Source of the DNA: an uncultured virus (IMG/VR IMGVR_UViG_3300034071_000245)
Lineage: Duplodnaviria > Heunggongvirae > Uroviricota > Caudoviricetes
Direction: 5' to 3' (one strand)
Virus record (IMG/VR): IMGVR_UViG_3300034071_000245
DNA: 64,000 nt
Both the position numbers and the translations under genes were made by a program. Shown in pieces: positions 30,146 through 40,966 of this stretch (position 1 is the first letter of the stretch; each line of letters begins with the position of its first letter). The notes beneath the pieces are model-generated. The model searched no databases. It had not been told where the DNA came from and was given only the letters and a program-made list of their open reading frames with translations.

Positions 30146-31468
30146 TTAGAAACTTAATACGATCTTGAAGTTCTCGGTCTGGTTCGGATCTCGTTGAACT
30201 GGTTCTATATTATCTATGTATAATAGTTTACCTGAATTGGTTTCCAGTTCAGGCTGTTGTGTTACGGTGATTAGCTGACGAACAGCGGCTGATGAATAGC
30301 CTATCAATCTATCGTTTGTAGGTAGACCTTCAATACCGTATAGTCTAAGAGTATTAAAGCCATCCCAATCTGATACGATACCTCTGAATGATGAGGCTGT
30401 GAAAGACAACCCCTGATAGACAAACTCGTCCTTTTCATAGTTTACAGAAACACCAGAAACAGAAACGGTTGTTACTTGTGAGAATGTAGTATTCGTAAAC
30501 GGAGTAGTTGATAGTCTTTTTGTTGGATCGGCAATAATAGCAACTTGTCTAAAGTCGTTAGCAACTGTTAGCTTGTTATTTTCAGATGCAGCGAGTTTAA
30601 CAGAAATGATAAGATAAGAACCGCCTAGTTCTGTTACTGGGTCTGATCCGTGTCCACCTGGTGGAGGAATAACTGCTCTAGCAAATGCGCCCTGACCACC
30701 GCCGCCACTGATTACTACGCTTGCTCTGCTGTATCCGTATCCAGGATCATCGATAACGATTTCTGAAATATTATTAGCAGTTGTATTTCTAACAGCAAAA
30801 GCATTAGCATTGAAGCCGTCACCAATAATACGAACATTGATATTAGATGAGGTATAATTAGCACCTCGGGTAACAACTCTAATGTTACTAATAGTTCCTT
30901 CGATGGTATTAGTCTGCACTGACCACTGTGTAGAGCCGTCGGCAATTGTTAGAGTCTTAACTGGAATAAAGTTTGCGGTAGTGAACTGTGTCTGTTCTTC
31001 TGCACTAATAGAATACATATACTTCCAAACATACTTGTCGGAAGTAGTGAATGGTAGAGAAGTAGGAGTGCCAGCAGGCTTTACGGTAGAAATACCACCA
31101 TAGTTGTTAGACAAACATTTATAGACATGAAAATCGTCTGTCACAACATAGAATTTATTGTTAGCGGCAGTTAGAGCCGATGAATCCCAAAAGTCTTCAT
31201 ACTGATTCCAGATTTCATTTGGAGTCCAGTTATATCTAGGAATACAATGTCTGATATCATTACCAGTGACTTTCTTACCACCAAGCATGTTCTTATAGAT
31301 ATCAACAATACTTGAAACGGAAGTGGTTGGAACAGGTGGATTAGTATCAGATGGCCATGGAGATGTTTTGCCAATTGTCATGTATAAATTGGTAACATTC
31401 TGAGCCACAGATGTTTTGAACATCTTGGCATTATGAATTTCAAGGTCTTTTGAATGTGAAGATGGCAT
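30146..31468 (-). CDS. gp8: Baseplate wedge subunit
   Basis: IPRYNW...FYVVTDDFHVYKCLSNN...DKYVWKYMY...GHGSDPVTELG...NDFRQV...SGKLLYIDN. Confidence 0.92.
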   Translation of the reverse strand: MPSSHSKDLEIHNAKMFKTSVAQNVTNLYMTIGKTSPWPSDTNPPVPTTSVSSIVDIYKNMLGGKKVTGNDIRHCIPRYNWTPNEIWNQYEDFWDSSALTAANNKFYVVTDDFHVYKCLSNNYGGISTVKPAGTPTSLPFTTSDKYVWKYMYSISAEEQTQFTTANFIPVKTLTIADGSTQWSVQTNTIEGTISNIRVVTRGANYTSSNINVRIIGDGFNANAFAVRNTTANNISEIVIDDPGYGYSRASVVISGGGGQGAFARAVIPPPGGHGSDPVTELGGSYLIISVKLAASENNKLTVANDFRQVAIIADPTKRLSTTPFTNTTFSQVTTVSVSGVSVNYEKDEFVYQGLSFTASSFRGIVSDWDGFNTLRLYGIEGLPTNDRLIGYSSAAVRQLITVTQQPELETNSGKLLYIDNIEPVQRDPNQTENFKIVLSF

Positions 31469-31495
31469 TACTATTCTCTTATTAATTTAATTGTA

Positions 31496-31747
31496 TTATT
31501 TAGCATCATTTGTCGGAGGGTCCCATTCCTCATCTTTTACTATCTCTAGCATTTCTTCATGAGTATAAGGACCATCGGTATTCTTTAGTTTAGATACGAA
31601 GTCTGGTTGATCGCCAATCCATTTGATAAATGTCTTTTTGAGGTCTTTAGTGTATCTTAGATGTTCAACAGATGTTTCCAGAATTTGCTCGAAATCAACT
31701 TTCTTTAATTCTGAAACAGGTAGTATCAGATAGTTTCTATCTTCCAT
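31496..31747 (-). CDS. Conserved phage hypothetical protein
   Basis: VDFEQILETS...TFIKW...P.F......GPYTHEEML.I....EW. Confidence 0.65.
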   Translation of the reverse strand: MEDRNYLILPVSELKKVDFEQILETSVEHLRYTKDLKKTFIKWIGDQPDFVSKLKNTDGPYTHEEMLEIVKDEEWDPPTNDAK

Positions 31748-34695
31748 TATACACCAAATCTTTCTCTATCAGTATTGAAGTTTCGTTTAACTTCGGCTGC
31801 CGATAGCACACGGTTATAAACTCTCATGATTGAAATTCTACCGATTAGATAGCTCCAACGATAAATGTCGTTATATGCACCAGATGCACCGACAGATACA
31901 CCACTATTATTTGTAGCAATAGTTCCTGCCAGTGCTGACGAAGCAACTAGAGTATTATTGACATATAGTCTTTGTGCGCCTGAGGTATATGTTAGCGCAA
32001 TGTGTGTCCATCTATTGCTTCTAATATAGTCTTCTGCATTAAAGCCTGGACGAACAGCCGCATAGCCAGGAGGTGGCACTCTAGTTGCTGTTAGTGAGGC
32101 CGCCTGTTGCCATACACCATTAATCTTAGCATTGAATACTAGATCACCCAATAGATTAAATTCTAGTGAGTATTGACTTCCGTTGGCACCCTTCTGGAAA
32201 ATTACAGCATTCTGGAATGTAGAAGGAACATTGATCCAAGTTTCTAGTGTCAAATTCTGTAGATCAAGAGTTGTGCTATTTGGGAATCTAATAACATCAT
32301 TTAAGCCGTCAAAGCGAATAAGACCATTAGTTACAGAAACACCATTGAGCATTTCACCTTCATAACTTGTATTAATGAGGTTAGCAATTCTACCTGCTGT
32401 AGTTGTTCCAGTATTAGCAGCCGACATATGGAATATTAGACCAGTCTTTACTAGGTCTGGGTAATGGCTGCTACTGAATACTTGTGCGCCGTTTATATTT
32501 GTTGCTTCAATATCTTCCTTTTCATACTGACCAAACATCTTCATGCCGGCAGGATGTGTTAGCGACTTAAGTGTGTTTCTATACTTTGATAGAGGCTTGT
32601 CAGTTCTAACGACATAAGAGAAGTTCTGATAATAATCTCTATTCTGTAGGTAATTCTGGGCGCTGATAAAGCCATCGTCATTAATATAACGACCTGGGTA
32701 TGAATAGATACCTGTAACAACCGAAGTATTAACGACAGCGACATTACCTGTATGACCTGTTGTTAGGTCAAGAATAGGTGGAACAGTGTAACCAGTTCCT
32801 GGGTTAACAATAGTAAATCTTCTGATGATACCAATATCTTCTGTTGTGAATGTAAATGAACCACCACGGCCCAGTGTGGTCATTGGCTGAACATTAGCGC
32901 CGGTTCCTGTTGCTGACTTAATTACACAATAAGGCATCATTGTATAATCGTATCCCTCACCACCAATATAGTGACCAGAAATTTGAACCCATGCAACATT
33001 CATAATAGCGCCAGCAGCATTGACTACGCTTACTCTGGCAGCCGCACCTGATCCGAAACTATTTGCTTCGTTTCTATTGTGGAACTCGATAACATCATTG
33101 ACCTGATAATTTAGACCAGGATTGAGTATCTTTAGTTTGCCGATGATGCCCATTTCTTGGACGATTGTATTTGCTTGAATGGTAAATGTAGGTGTACCGA
33201 AATAACTCTCACCAGGTTCGACAACGAAACAAAATTTAGCTGCACCGGTATTTGAATATGACCAGTAACCAACGGCATCTGCAATAACAGTTTCGCCTAC
33301 TGTAGAAGCACCATCAACAGTCAAACCACCGTTAGCGACCTCTGTAGCAAAGCCATACATGTCGCATCTAACATTAGCAACATCTGAAATTCTAGTGTTA
33401 CAAATATTATATTGATTGGGATGATAAATGTTTTCCCAAACGCTTTCTACTTCACCTAGAGCACCGATACCACCACCGCCAGATACAGTAATAAAATCGC
33501 CTCCTCTAGCTTCTGGACCGTCTTCTATACGACCACGATAGCCTGCACCACCATTATCTGGCAATGAACCTTCAATAAAGATTCTTTCAATACCACCGGC
33601 AGATACTCTTGAAATTCTTACTAGACCGCCAGTACCAGAACCATTTACTGGAATAATTGGAACAGTAGTACCTTCAACATAACCAGTACCACCATTAACA
33701 ATATCAATATCGACAATCTGACCGCCGAAGATACGAGCAGTAGCATATTTTACTTGTCCGTCTTCTTCGAATAGTGCATAGATTGATTCGTCAGATAGAA
33801 ATGGCTTATTAGAGTTTGAAATTCTTAGTTCGGTAACAAGTGTATTGTTATCATAGAATACATTAACTGCCTCGACTAGTGCAGTTGCTTTAGAAGTCAA
33901 GCCTTTAACTTCTTTATTCTGAAAATATGAATAGACCATAGAGTTGGCAACATTGTTAATAGCGCCGTTCTGGACTCTTAATGCTCTTTCAACATACCAC
34001 TTACCGTCTGACGCTCTAAGAACATCTTGCTTAGGATAATAAACCTCGGCAGTTGTATTATATAAGGCTCTCATCAAGAAACGAATAGACTTTTCCGAGC
34101 CTCTTGATCTATAGAAATCCTTGGCGTGTTTCAGCACAAGGTTCTTATCAGCCAACATATTCTTGGGAAGTAGCTTGATATAATTGTTATAGAGTGTTTG
34201 AAGGATCTGATCATTATCACGAGCGTTATCGACATCCATATAACGACCGAAATTCTTCATAATGTTTGTTAGATCGGCACCGGGTGCATTAGCAACAGTT
34301 TTGTAAACGAAAAATCTTTCACCAACCAAACGCACTGGGTAACTATTACCTGTGATATTGAAGGTGTTGCTGCCTGGTACGACATTAGCTGCATAAGCAC
34401 CAACATCTGTATTGGCTATTCTAATCTTGGTACCGTTAGCGATAGCAACATTTGATCTACCAACAGGAAGACTTACAACCACAGTGTTCGTATAATCTAC
34501 GCCATATGGTGTTGTCGCACCAATTACGGTACTGATTGTCAGATTAGAAGTGACTGGCTTGATATAACTTGGAGTTTCTAGAAATCTATAATAGCTTCTA
34601 ACAAACTCCAAGAAGATTTCGTGTTCTTCTCTGACGAACCCCGGAACCTGTTGATCAATTAATACTGATGTTCTGTTATTTGAAATAAATGGCAT
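31747..34695 (-). CDS. gp7: Baseplate wedge initiator (gp7-like) with C-terminal LamG/ConA-like domain
   Basis: QVPGFVREEH..F.EF...YY; KDFYRSRGSEKS; YYQNFSYVV...HPAGMK.FG; C-terminal WTHIALTY...LYVNN...MRVYNRVLSAAEV. Confidence 0.85.
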   Translation of the reverse strand: MPFISNNRTSVLIDQQVPGFVREEHEIFLEFVRSYYRFLETPSYIKPVTSNLTISTVIGATTPYGVDYTNTVVVSLPVGRSNVAIANGTKIRIANTDVGAYAANVVPGSNTFNITGNSYPVRLVGERFFVYKTVANAPGADLTNIMKNFGRYMDVDNARDNDQILQTLYNNYIKLLPKNMLADKNLVLKHAKDFYRSRGSEKSIRFLMRALYNTTAEVYYPKQDVLRASDGKWYVERALRVQNGAINNVANSMVYSYFQNKEVKGLTSKATALVEAVNVFYDNNTLVTELRISNSNKPFLSDESIYALFEEDGQVKYATARIFGGQIVDIDIVNGGTGYVEGTTVPIIPVNGSGTGGLVRISRVSAGGIERIFIEGSLPDNGGAGYRGRIEDGPEARGGDFITVSGGGGIGALGEVESVWENIYHPNQYNICNTRISDVANVRCDMYGFATEVANGGLTVDGASTVGETVIADAVGYWSYSNTGAAKFCFVVEPGESYFGTPTFTIQANTIVQEMGIIGKLKILNPGLNYQVNDVIEFHNRNEANSFGSGAAARVSVVNAAGAIMNVAWVQISGHYIGGEGYDYTMMPYCVIKSATGTGANVQPMTTLGRGGSFTFTTEDIGIIRRFTIVNPGTGYTVPPILDLTTGHTGNVAVVNTSVVTGIYSYPGRYINDDGFISAQNYLQNRDYYQNFSYVVRTDKPLSKYRNTLKSLTHPAGMKMFGQYEKEDIEATNINGAQVFSSSHYPDLVKTGLIFHMSAANTGTTTAGRIANLINTSYEGEMLNGVSVTNGLIRFDGLNDVIRFPNSTTLDLQNLTLETWINVPSTFQNAVIFQKGANGSQYSLEFNLLGDLVFNAKINGVWQQAASLTATRVPPPGYAAVRPGFNAEDYIRSNRWTHIALTYTSGAQRLYVNNTLVASSALAGTIATNNSGVSVGASGAYNDIYRWSYLIGRISIMRVYNRVLSAAEVKRNFNTDRERFGV

Positions 34696-36776
34696 TATGT
34701 CTCTGCAATAACGTCGAATTGAATACTCTGTGGATTATCCACATCGATAGCTAGGATTCTATTTCTAGATGGCTTGATAATTTCCTGTGCAGGTACCGCA
34801 CTGAAAGATACAACATCTGTATCATAGAATGAATTGTTGGCAACATCTACTGGTCTAATATAATTTAGCACAACCTGGCCACGGTCATAATAGATCGTTC
34901 CTGCGTTGTTATCTACAATTACCTGATCACCAGTTGATGTGGTGTAATATGTGCGAACTGTTCCTAGATTAGTCTCTAGAACTGGAACTGCCGCAGCACC
35001 TTCACCAAGACCTGTAATCTGCACCTGCGCTCTAGTATAGTTGCGACCCTTGTTGGTTACATTGATCTTGATAACCTTTTCATCTACCACAACAGCGGTA
35101 GCAGTAGCACCAACACCGTCACCGGTGATTGTGACTTTAGGAAGTTCTGTATAGCCGTCACCACCATTAATCATAGTGACAGAATTGATACCAGAGTTAG
35201 CACCTGGATCTTCTTCAAAATAAACATTTCTCTGATTTAGAGCGGTATCGATTACTTTGATCCATGGATATGAATTGAAACGATTGTATGCATCGCTTTT
35301 CATTAGAGGCATGTTATAGTTGATGATGTATCTTCTCAACTCATCAACGATCATATCAACTCTTTTCTGGACATAAACATCGATATCTGAACCTGTAATG
35401 GCAGGATCTGATCCTTCAATATACTGCTGCAACTTAGACTTACGGAAAGTTGACTTAAAGGTATTCAACTCATCGTTATTATACTTAAGAATAGCAGCCC
35501 TTACGATTTCTCTAATCTCATTAGCTGTTTTTGATGTTCTGTTAGGATCGTATGTTACTCTACCAGTCAATACAACGAATACATAATCTGGATCGACAAT
35601 CTCTGGTGTAACAGTGACAACATTCTTATTTCTAACATAGTCACGCTTGATTATTTCTTTGTCCTGATCAGATAGCTTGTAATAGCCTTTGGTCTTAAAT
35701 GACATAAAGACTTTGCCATATTGAATAGGAACATTATCTTCACCGCCCCAAACAGAAACGGCGTCGATATTTGGATAATTCTTAACAAGAGTTGATTCAT
35801 AATCGGTTGTTGTAACAGCACGATTTTGTGCAGTATAGAAATTAGGCGCACGAATACGAATTGTTTCGATATCTTCCTTATCCACCGCACCTCTTGATGC
35901 CTGTCTAGTGGTAACTCTAACATCTTCACGATAATAACCACCAACTGGCTGAACGAACTTAAAGCCACCGATATTATTAGCGGCTGCTCCTGTTGTATCG
36001 AGATAGGTGATTTGAACAATGTTGCCGTTCTTAGGCTTATAACCTAGAACACCATCGCCAAAGTAAACAGTCCAATTAAGATTTTCGTTTTCTTCTACGA
36101 AATATACGAATGAGTCTGGTGATAGTTCTGTCAAGTCATTTGCTAGTGAATATTCTTCACTGTATGAATTACTTGATGACTCGAATACTAGAACAGTAAG
36201 GGTTGATGTATCGACATTAGCAGAAGGCAATTCAAATCTTCTGTATGGATTAGATGCATCTACCTTAAACTGCTGAGTAATTGCCTCGCCTTGCTTAATA
36301 ACGACATTAGAAAAGGTGAATGCGGAGGCAAACTTTGAAACAGTATTTGAGTTAACTGTTACGAAAGGATAATTAATACCATTAACATCTGTGCCTAGAA
36401 GTCTAGTATATTTCTCTAGTGTGATTGTAGGAATAGTTGTTATTTCATTTCTGGTTGGCTTAACATAAACATCGATAACTGCCTGTGAACCACGAGCGGA
36501 AGCAGGCACATATCCAATAGCCTTAGAATGTGATAGAATGTTCTGACGGATCTGTGCAGTATCTAGAAAAGACTCATTGGCAAGCATGTTCATATAGAAA
36601 GCATTGTAATAAGTGTTATAGGCAAGCATGTCTAATAGAACAGCAAGACCAGAACCTTCGAAGTCATAATCTTGAAAGGTATCTTGTGAACGAAGATATT
36701 CCTTAAGATTCTCTCTAATCGATGTAAAGTCTAATTCTGTGACTCTTAGTGCTGCGTTTGAATTTGCGGATGCCAT
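34695..36776 (-). CDS. gp6: Baseplate wedge subunit
   Basis: ELDF..I..NLK.YL..Q..F.DYDFEGSGL.VLLD.LAYNTYYNA; QNRAVTTTDY; WGGEDN. Confidence 0.95.
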   Translation of the reverse strand: MASANSNAALRVTELDFTSIRENLKEYLRSQDTFQDYDFEGSGLAVLLDMLAYNTYYNAFYMNMLANESFLDTAQIRQNILSHSKAIGYVPASARGSQAVIDVYVKPTRNEITTIPTITLEKYTRLLGTDVNGINYPFVTVNSNTVSKFASAFTFSNVVIKQGEAITQQFKVDASNPYRRFELPSANVDTSTLTVLVFESSSNSYSEEYSLANDLTELSPDSFVYFVEENENLNWTVYFGDGVLGYKPKNGNIVQITYLDTTGAAANNIGGFKFVQPVGGYYREDVRVTTRQASRGAVDKEDIETIRIRAPNFYTAQNRAVTTTDYESTLVKNYPNIDAVSVWGGEDNVPIQYGKVFMSFKTKGYYKLSDQDKEIIKRDYVRNKNVVTVTPEIVDPDYVFVVLTGRVTYDPNRTSKTANEIREIVRAAILKYNNDELNTFKSTFRKSKLQQYIEGSDPAITGSDIDVYVQKRVDMIVDELRRYIINYNMPLMKSDAYNRFNSYPWIKVIDTALNQRNVYFEEDPGANSGINSVTMINGGDGYTELPKVTITGDGVGATATAVVVDEKVIKINVTNKGRNYTRAQVQITGLGEGAAAVPVLETNLGTVRTYYTTSTGDQVIVDNNAGTIYYDRGQVVLNYIRPVDVANNSFYDTDVVSFSAVPAQEIIKPSRNRILAIDVDNPQSIQFDVIAET

Positions 36777-36781
36777 AGCTA

Positions 36782-37195
36782 TTATCTAATCCTTTCTAGG
36801 AATACCGTCGTGACAACTGGCTCATTTCTATTTAGAATAACAAATTCAATGGTTATATCAAAACCATTTCTGTCTATATCTTCGCTGGCTCTAATATCTT
36901 GAACCTCAATTCTAGGCTCAAATTCATTTAATACACGGCGTATTTCATCTTGAAGGACGAGTAGAGTTGTCGGTGTGAAGTTCTCAAATAGCAATGCTCT
37001 GATATTGGAACCAATACCAGATTTAAAAGGTCTCTCATAGTAGTTAGTGAATACTAGATTGCGAACTGATCTAATAACAGCATCCCTACCGTGTTTAAGA
37101 ATAAGCTGATTCGTCTTTGGATGTTTCATGAAATCCAAATCTATATCGCAATAGTCTGGTACTCTTGAAATATACGGTACGCTTTGATCTGCCAT
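36782..37195 (-). CDS. gp25: Baseplate wedge subunit
   Basis: SVRNLVFTNYYERPF...GSNIRALLFE...FEPRI. Confidence 0.95.
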   Translation of the reverse strand: MADQSVPYISRVPDYCDIDLDFMKHPKTNQLILKHGRDAVIRSVRNLVFTNYYERPFKSGIGSNIRALLFENFTPTTLLVLQDEIRRVLNEFEPRIEVQDIRASEDIDRNGFDITIEFVILNRNEPVVTTVFLERIR

Positions 37196-37218
37196 TTATA
37201 GAACCCTATTTGTTATAT

Positions 37219-38283
37219 TTAGGCTAGTTTACTGAGCCATTCTTCCGAAGATGCTTCTGCAATTGGTTGATTTGCCATACCAGAATTAATAGAAGGAAGA
37301 CCAGCAGCAGAAATCATTTCAGCAAAATTAAAGTCTAGTTGCGTTGCTTGTCCGCCTGCAAGATTAACTGTGCCACCATCAACATGTGTCGTTGTATCAC
37401 CTTTAACATGAACTGTGGTACCAGAAACATGTGTAGTGGCGCCTTCAAGCGCAGCAGATGATCCACCTTTGAATTTAGCGGTATTCTGTGCTTCTACCTT
37501 AACATTTTCTTGGGCTTCTGTTTGAATATCCTTATCTGCTTGCGTATGAAGACTGCCGCCAGAAGCGACAAGAGAAACTTTTTGTTCGCCATCGGTTACC
37601 TTCATGTCTAGTTTGCCGTCTTTATTCTCGATATGTGTAGCGCCTTTGTTATTATAGACTGTCAATTGACCGTCTTCGCCAGGCATGTGAAGATTAGTGC
37701 CACCTCCACCACCAACATGAACTTGGTCACCATGAGAAATAAACGATGCTGCGCCTTTAGCAACATGAGCAATAGCACCATGTGCCATCATACCAGAAGA
37801 ACCTTCTAGTTTCTTTGTTTCATTCTTGGCTTGTGTATCGATATTACCACGAACCATTCTGTTTAGGTTCTTGGCTGTGAAATTATAATCACCCATGACA
37901 GTTAGATTATAATTCTTGTGACAGGTAACATTGTAGTCACCAAATACTCTAAGCGATGCATCACCTTTCACGGTAATATCTTGTGCGCCCGATACTGTAA
38001 TACGATCTTCACCAAAGATAACTTCATACTTACCATTGTGTGTAGTGAAATGCACAGAACCATCTGGCCGCATTTGAATAGCAGAACCAGAACGATGCTG
38101 AATAGTTACCGACTCATGATCTTTAGAGTCGTCCATGATGATATTATGTCCTGAGCGAGACTTGTAAGACCAATAATTAGGATATTTACCAGCGCCTTCT
38201 TCTTCACGGACATCTTTAGGCACTTTATATTTCTTGGGCGTAGTCTTGCGCTCTGAGTTAGGATTAAACTTTTTTGTTGCCAT
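37219..38283 (-). CDS. Baseplate central spike, gp5 C-terminal (beta-helix) part
   Basis: YPNY....SRSGH.I.MDDS...E.VTIQHRSGS..QM.PDG, followed by V.GD/G.YN beta-helix repeats. Confidence 0.75.
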   Translation of the reverse strand: MATKKFNPNSERKTTPKKYKVPKDVREEEGAGKYPNYWSYKSRSGHNIIMDDSKDHESVTIQHRSGSAIQMRPDGSVHFTTHNGKYEVIFGEDRITVSGAQDITVKGDASLRVFGDYNVTCHKNYNLTVMGDYNFTAKNLNRMVRGNIDTQAKNETKKLEGSSGMMAHGAIAHVAKGAASFISHGDQVHVGGGGGTNLHMPGEDGQLTVYNNKGATHIENKDGKLDMKVTDGEQKVSLVASGGSLHTQADKDIQTEAQENVKVEAQNTAKFKGGSSAALEGATTHVSGTTVHVKGDTTTHVDGGTVNLAGGQATQLDFNFAEMISAAGLPSINSGMANQPIAEASSEEWLSKLA

Positions 38284-39704
38284 TACATCATGCCCTTGAA
38301 TAGTGATGGATCAAGTGGGTTACCACCGTTAATAGTCTTCTTAACAATCTCAAATAGTTTATTCGAGTCTTGGTCGGTGTTTAGTTTCTCGTGCATATCT
38401 TTGGCGTTTTGTTCGCCTTGTGGAGCTAGACGCTTCATCATTTCCATAATCTGTCCTGATGACTGACCGAACATATTGCCAGAACCACCGCCACCTCCTC
38501 CAGAACCACTACCAGAACCACCATATGGCATAGAACCGATACCCGGACTGGTATTATTACTTGTGATTGTATTGGCAAATGTATTAATGTTATTCAGAGT
38601 GTTTGCATCATATAGAATAGAAATCTCGCCTTCGAAATCAATTACCTGTTTCGCTGCGCCCCAGGCAGTATCAATGGCTATTTCATAGTTTCTAAGATTT
38701 TCTCTACCAAATAGAGTAGTATCATACTGCAAACGGTTTAGCGTTGTCATCATGTCATCTAATGTCTCACACTGTAGCAATAGACTTTCTGCCTGTTGTA
38801 AGTATGTGTTTGGATCGACTACTTTATTGACAAAGTATGCAGAACCACTATCACCAATATCATAGCCCTGACATAGAATACTAAGATTTTGTAGAGCAGC
38901 GGCTAGTTCTGGTCTATTCTGTCTTTCATATTGCTGTGTGATATATTCAATTCTATTATTGCCAGTATTAGTTGCTGGTGGAACATTACCGTAACCACCA
39001 CCGCCTTGTCCTGAACCACCACGATTACCCATGAGACCTTGAAACATCTGACTCATTGACATGACTTGGCCCATTAGACCTTGCAGCATATCAGTTGTCA
39101 TCATGCTATCGTTTGTCTGTTTAGCAGTAGGTACGCTACTAATCTCTGGCAATTTAAATCCAGCCATATCAAACAAAGCACCGTGAATAGGCAGTCCTTC
39201 TAATAGTTCAAAGCGGTGTTCTTCGTTCTTTTCTTTAATCTCTCTGATCTTTGTTCCGTCTTCTGCCTGTCCTTCTTTGACTTCTGGTGGAACTTTGATG
39301 CCCAACTTTCTTTGTTTCAGTTTACCAAATGTAGAGTTTTGGCCCATAAGACTGCCACCACCAGAACCAGTAGAAGGATTCTGTAGAGCATTAAGCTGCC
39401 CTAATACGATACCAGAAGCCGCACCTTGTGTCTTTAATACGAGAACAGGTGTGCCAGGGTCCATAACACCAGGAAACGATTGTTGTCCGAACTGTGTAGG
39501 TGTCATGCTTAGTGGTGAGAAGTTTAGATGACCTAAATCAACCTGACCACTGTGATCCATAGGCGAATATAGTTTAGATGTGCATGATTGATCTGTAGGA
39601 AAATCACCATCTTCGGTGCCTTTCTTTTCAGGATCACCACCCGAACCAACTACACATACTTGAAATTGTCCTAGAGGACCAGGAAAATTATTTGGATCAG
39701 CCAT
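38283..39704 (-). CDS. Probable gp5 N-terminal (OB-fold-like) hub protein; start revised to MADPNN
   Basis: PG...PGT.VLV......GIVLGQL resembles the gp5/VgrG OB fold; lies between the gp27-like gene and the spike; TAATG overlap at 39704. Confidence 0.5.
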   Translation of the reverse strand: MADPNNFPGPLGQFQVCVVGSGGDPEKKGTEDGDFPTDQSCTSKLYSPMDHSGQVDLGHLNFSPLSMTPTQFGQQSFPGVMDPGTPVLVLKTQGAASGIVLGQLNALQNPSTGSGGGSLMGQNSTFGKLKQRKLGIKVPPEVKEGQAEDGTKIREIKEKNEEHRFELLEGLPIHGALFDMAGFKLPEISSVPTAKQTNDSMMTTDMLQGLMGQVMSMSQMFQGLMGNRGGSGQGGGGYGNVPPATNTGNNRIEYITQQYERQNRPELAAALQNLSILCQGYDIGDSGSAYFVNKVVDPNTYLQQAESLLLQCETLDDMMTTLNRLQYDTTLFGRENLRNYEIAIDTAWGAAKQVIDFEGEISILYDANTLNNINTFANTITSNNTSPGIGSMPYGGSGSGSGGGGGGSGNMFGQSSGQIMEMMKRLAPQGEQNAKDMHEKLNTDQDSNKLFEIVKKTINGGNPLDPSLFKGMM

Positions 39705-40966
39705 TAATTCATTACCCCTTGCAATACATCTTTTGATACACAATCCATAGTGGTTGTTGAATAACCACCGAGTTGAACCTTATGCATTAATTCTGTGACT
39801 AGATACTGACCTGAGCCATATACTAGACCACCATCTTGCTTGTTCTCCCATTTAAGTTCGATCACTTGACCGACATGCATGTATGGGTTCCATGCTGTGA
39901 CCATTCTTAGAGCCACTTTGTCTCTATCTAGTAGAGCCATTCTTGCTTGACGCTTCAATAGATATCTCTCAACATCTGTTTCGCATCCATAATCTTGGTG
40001 TGAATTGCCTTTATTGGTCCATGATTGTTTCATATTGCCGCCCTCGAAGCAGCCATTTAGACCACCAGCAATACCTTGAACAGCACCGCCTCCACCTTGA
40101 CCAAGAAAATTCATACCCATATTAACTAGATTGAGAAATGTTCCTGTATTGATATTCTGACCAGACTTATTAACACCATTCAATAGATCAGTGAGATAAT
40201 CAAAGTCACAAGGAAAGGTAATCATAATAGGATATGGATTAGCAGGTGTGGTTGACGATGTTGAATCGGTTTCACCACCCTCAGAATAATAATAGGTCAT
40301 CGATGAACCTTGATTGATTAGTTCTTTGAGTGATTTAAAGTTATGCTTGGTCTGACCGCCGTTTTCATATGTCATAAAGTGAACGAACGATGGATCATCA
40401 CCGTCTAATGCCATATTTGCTTGCTGTGCAATGACACGGAATGGATGAATATTTTCTGCAATATAATCTCTCTGCGGCTCACACTGGCTAATTTCTCTAG
40501 AGCCTTGGTGTTTAACGCAATCGAGAGCCGCATTGACAATCTCATTAGGAGTTACACATTTCCATGACTTACTCATCAGATGTTTTGCGTCTTCTAGCAA
40601 TGATTCGTCACAGGCATGAATAGTAAATTCTTCGACGGCAGAAGGACTCTGGCTAATCAAACGACGATTATCTAGGCGATATACGGTATTATTAACCGTC
40701 ATATTCAATCCAGATGCACCAAAAGATTGTGTCAATGAACTAGACAAGGTAAGATTTAATTTCTCACCCTTCATGGTGTCTAGACTTTGCACAGGTGTAT
40801 AGAGATATCGGTTGAATGTTATGGCAGTTTGCACACTAGGATTTAAAATACTCTCGCCCAGAATGACTTCCTTTACAGTGGTGTCATCCATCTTGAAAGA
40901 GCCAATACTACCTTTTATCGATACACGAAACTGATCTTTGTATTGCGAATTTTTTGAAAATGCCAT
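39704..40966 (-). CDS. Baseplate hub protein (gp27-like)
   Basis: ESILNP; FMTYE...HNFKSLKEL; VGQVIEL...SGQYLVTELMH; located between gp53 and gp5. Confidence 0.7.
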   Translation of the reverse strand: MAFSKNSQYKDQFRVSIKGSIGSFKMDDTTVKEVILGESILNPSVQTAITFNRYLYTPVQSLDTMKGEKLNLTLSSSLTQSFGASGLNMTVNNTVYRLDNRRLISQSPSAVEEFTIHACDESLLEDAKHLMSKSWKCVTPNEIVNAALDCVKHQGSREISQCEPQRDYIAENIHPFRVIAQQANMALDGDDPSFVHFMTYENGGQTKHNFKSLKELINQGSSMTYYYSEGGETDSTSSTTPANPYPIMITFPCDFDYLTDLLNGVNKSGQNINTGTFLNLVNMGMNFLGQGGGGAVQGIAGGLNGCFEGGNMKQSWTNKGNSHQDYGCETDVERYLLKRQARMALLDRDKVALRMVTAWNPYMHVGQVIELKWENKQDGGLVYGSGQYLVTELMHKVQLGGYSTTTMDCVSKDVLQGVMN

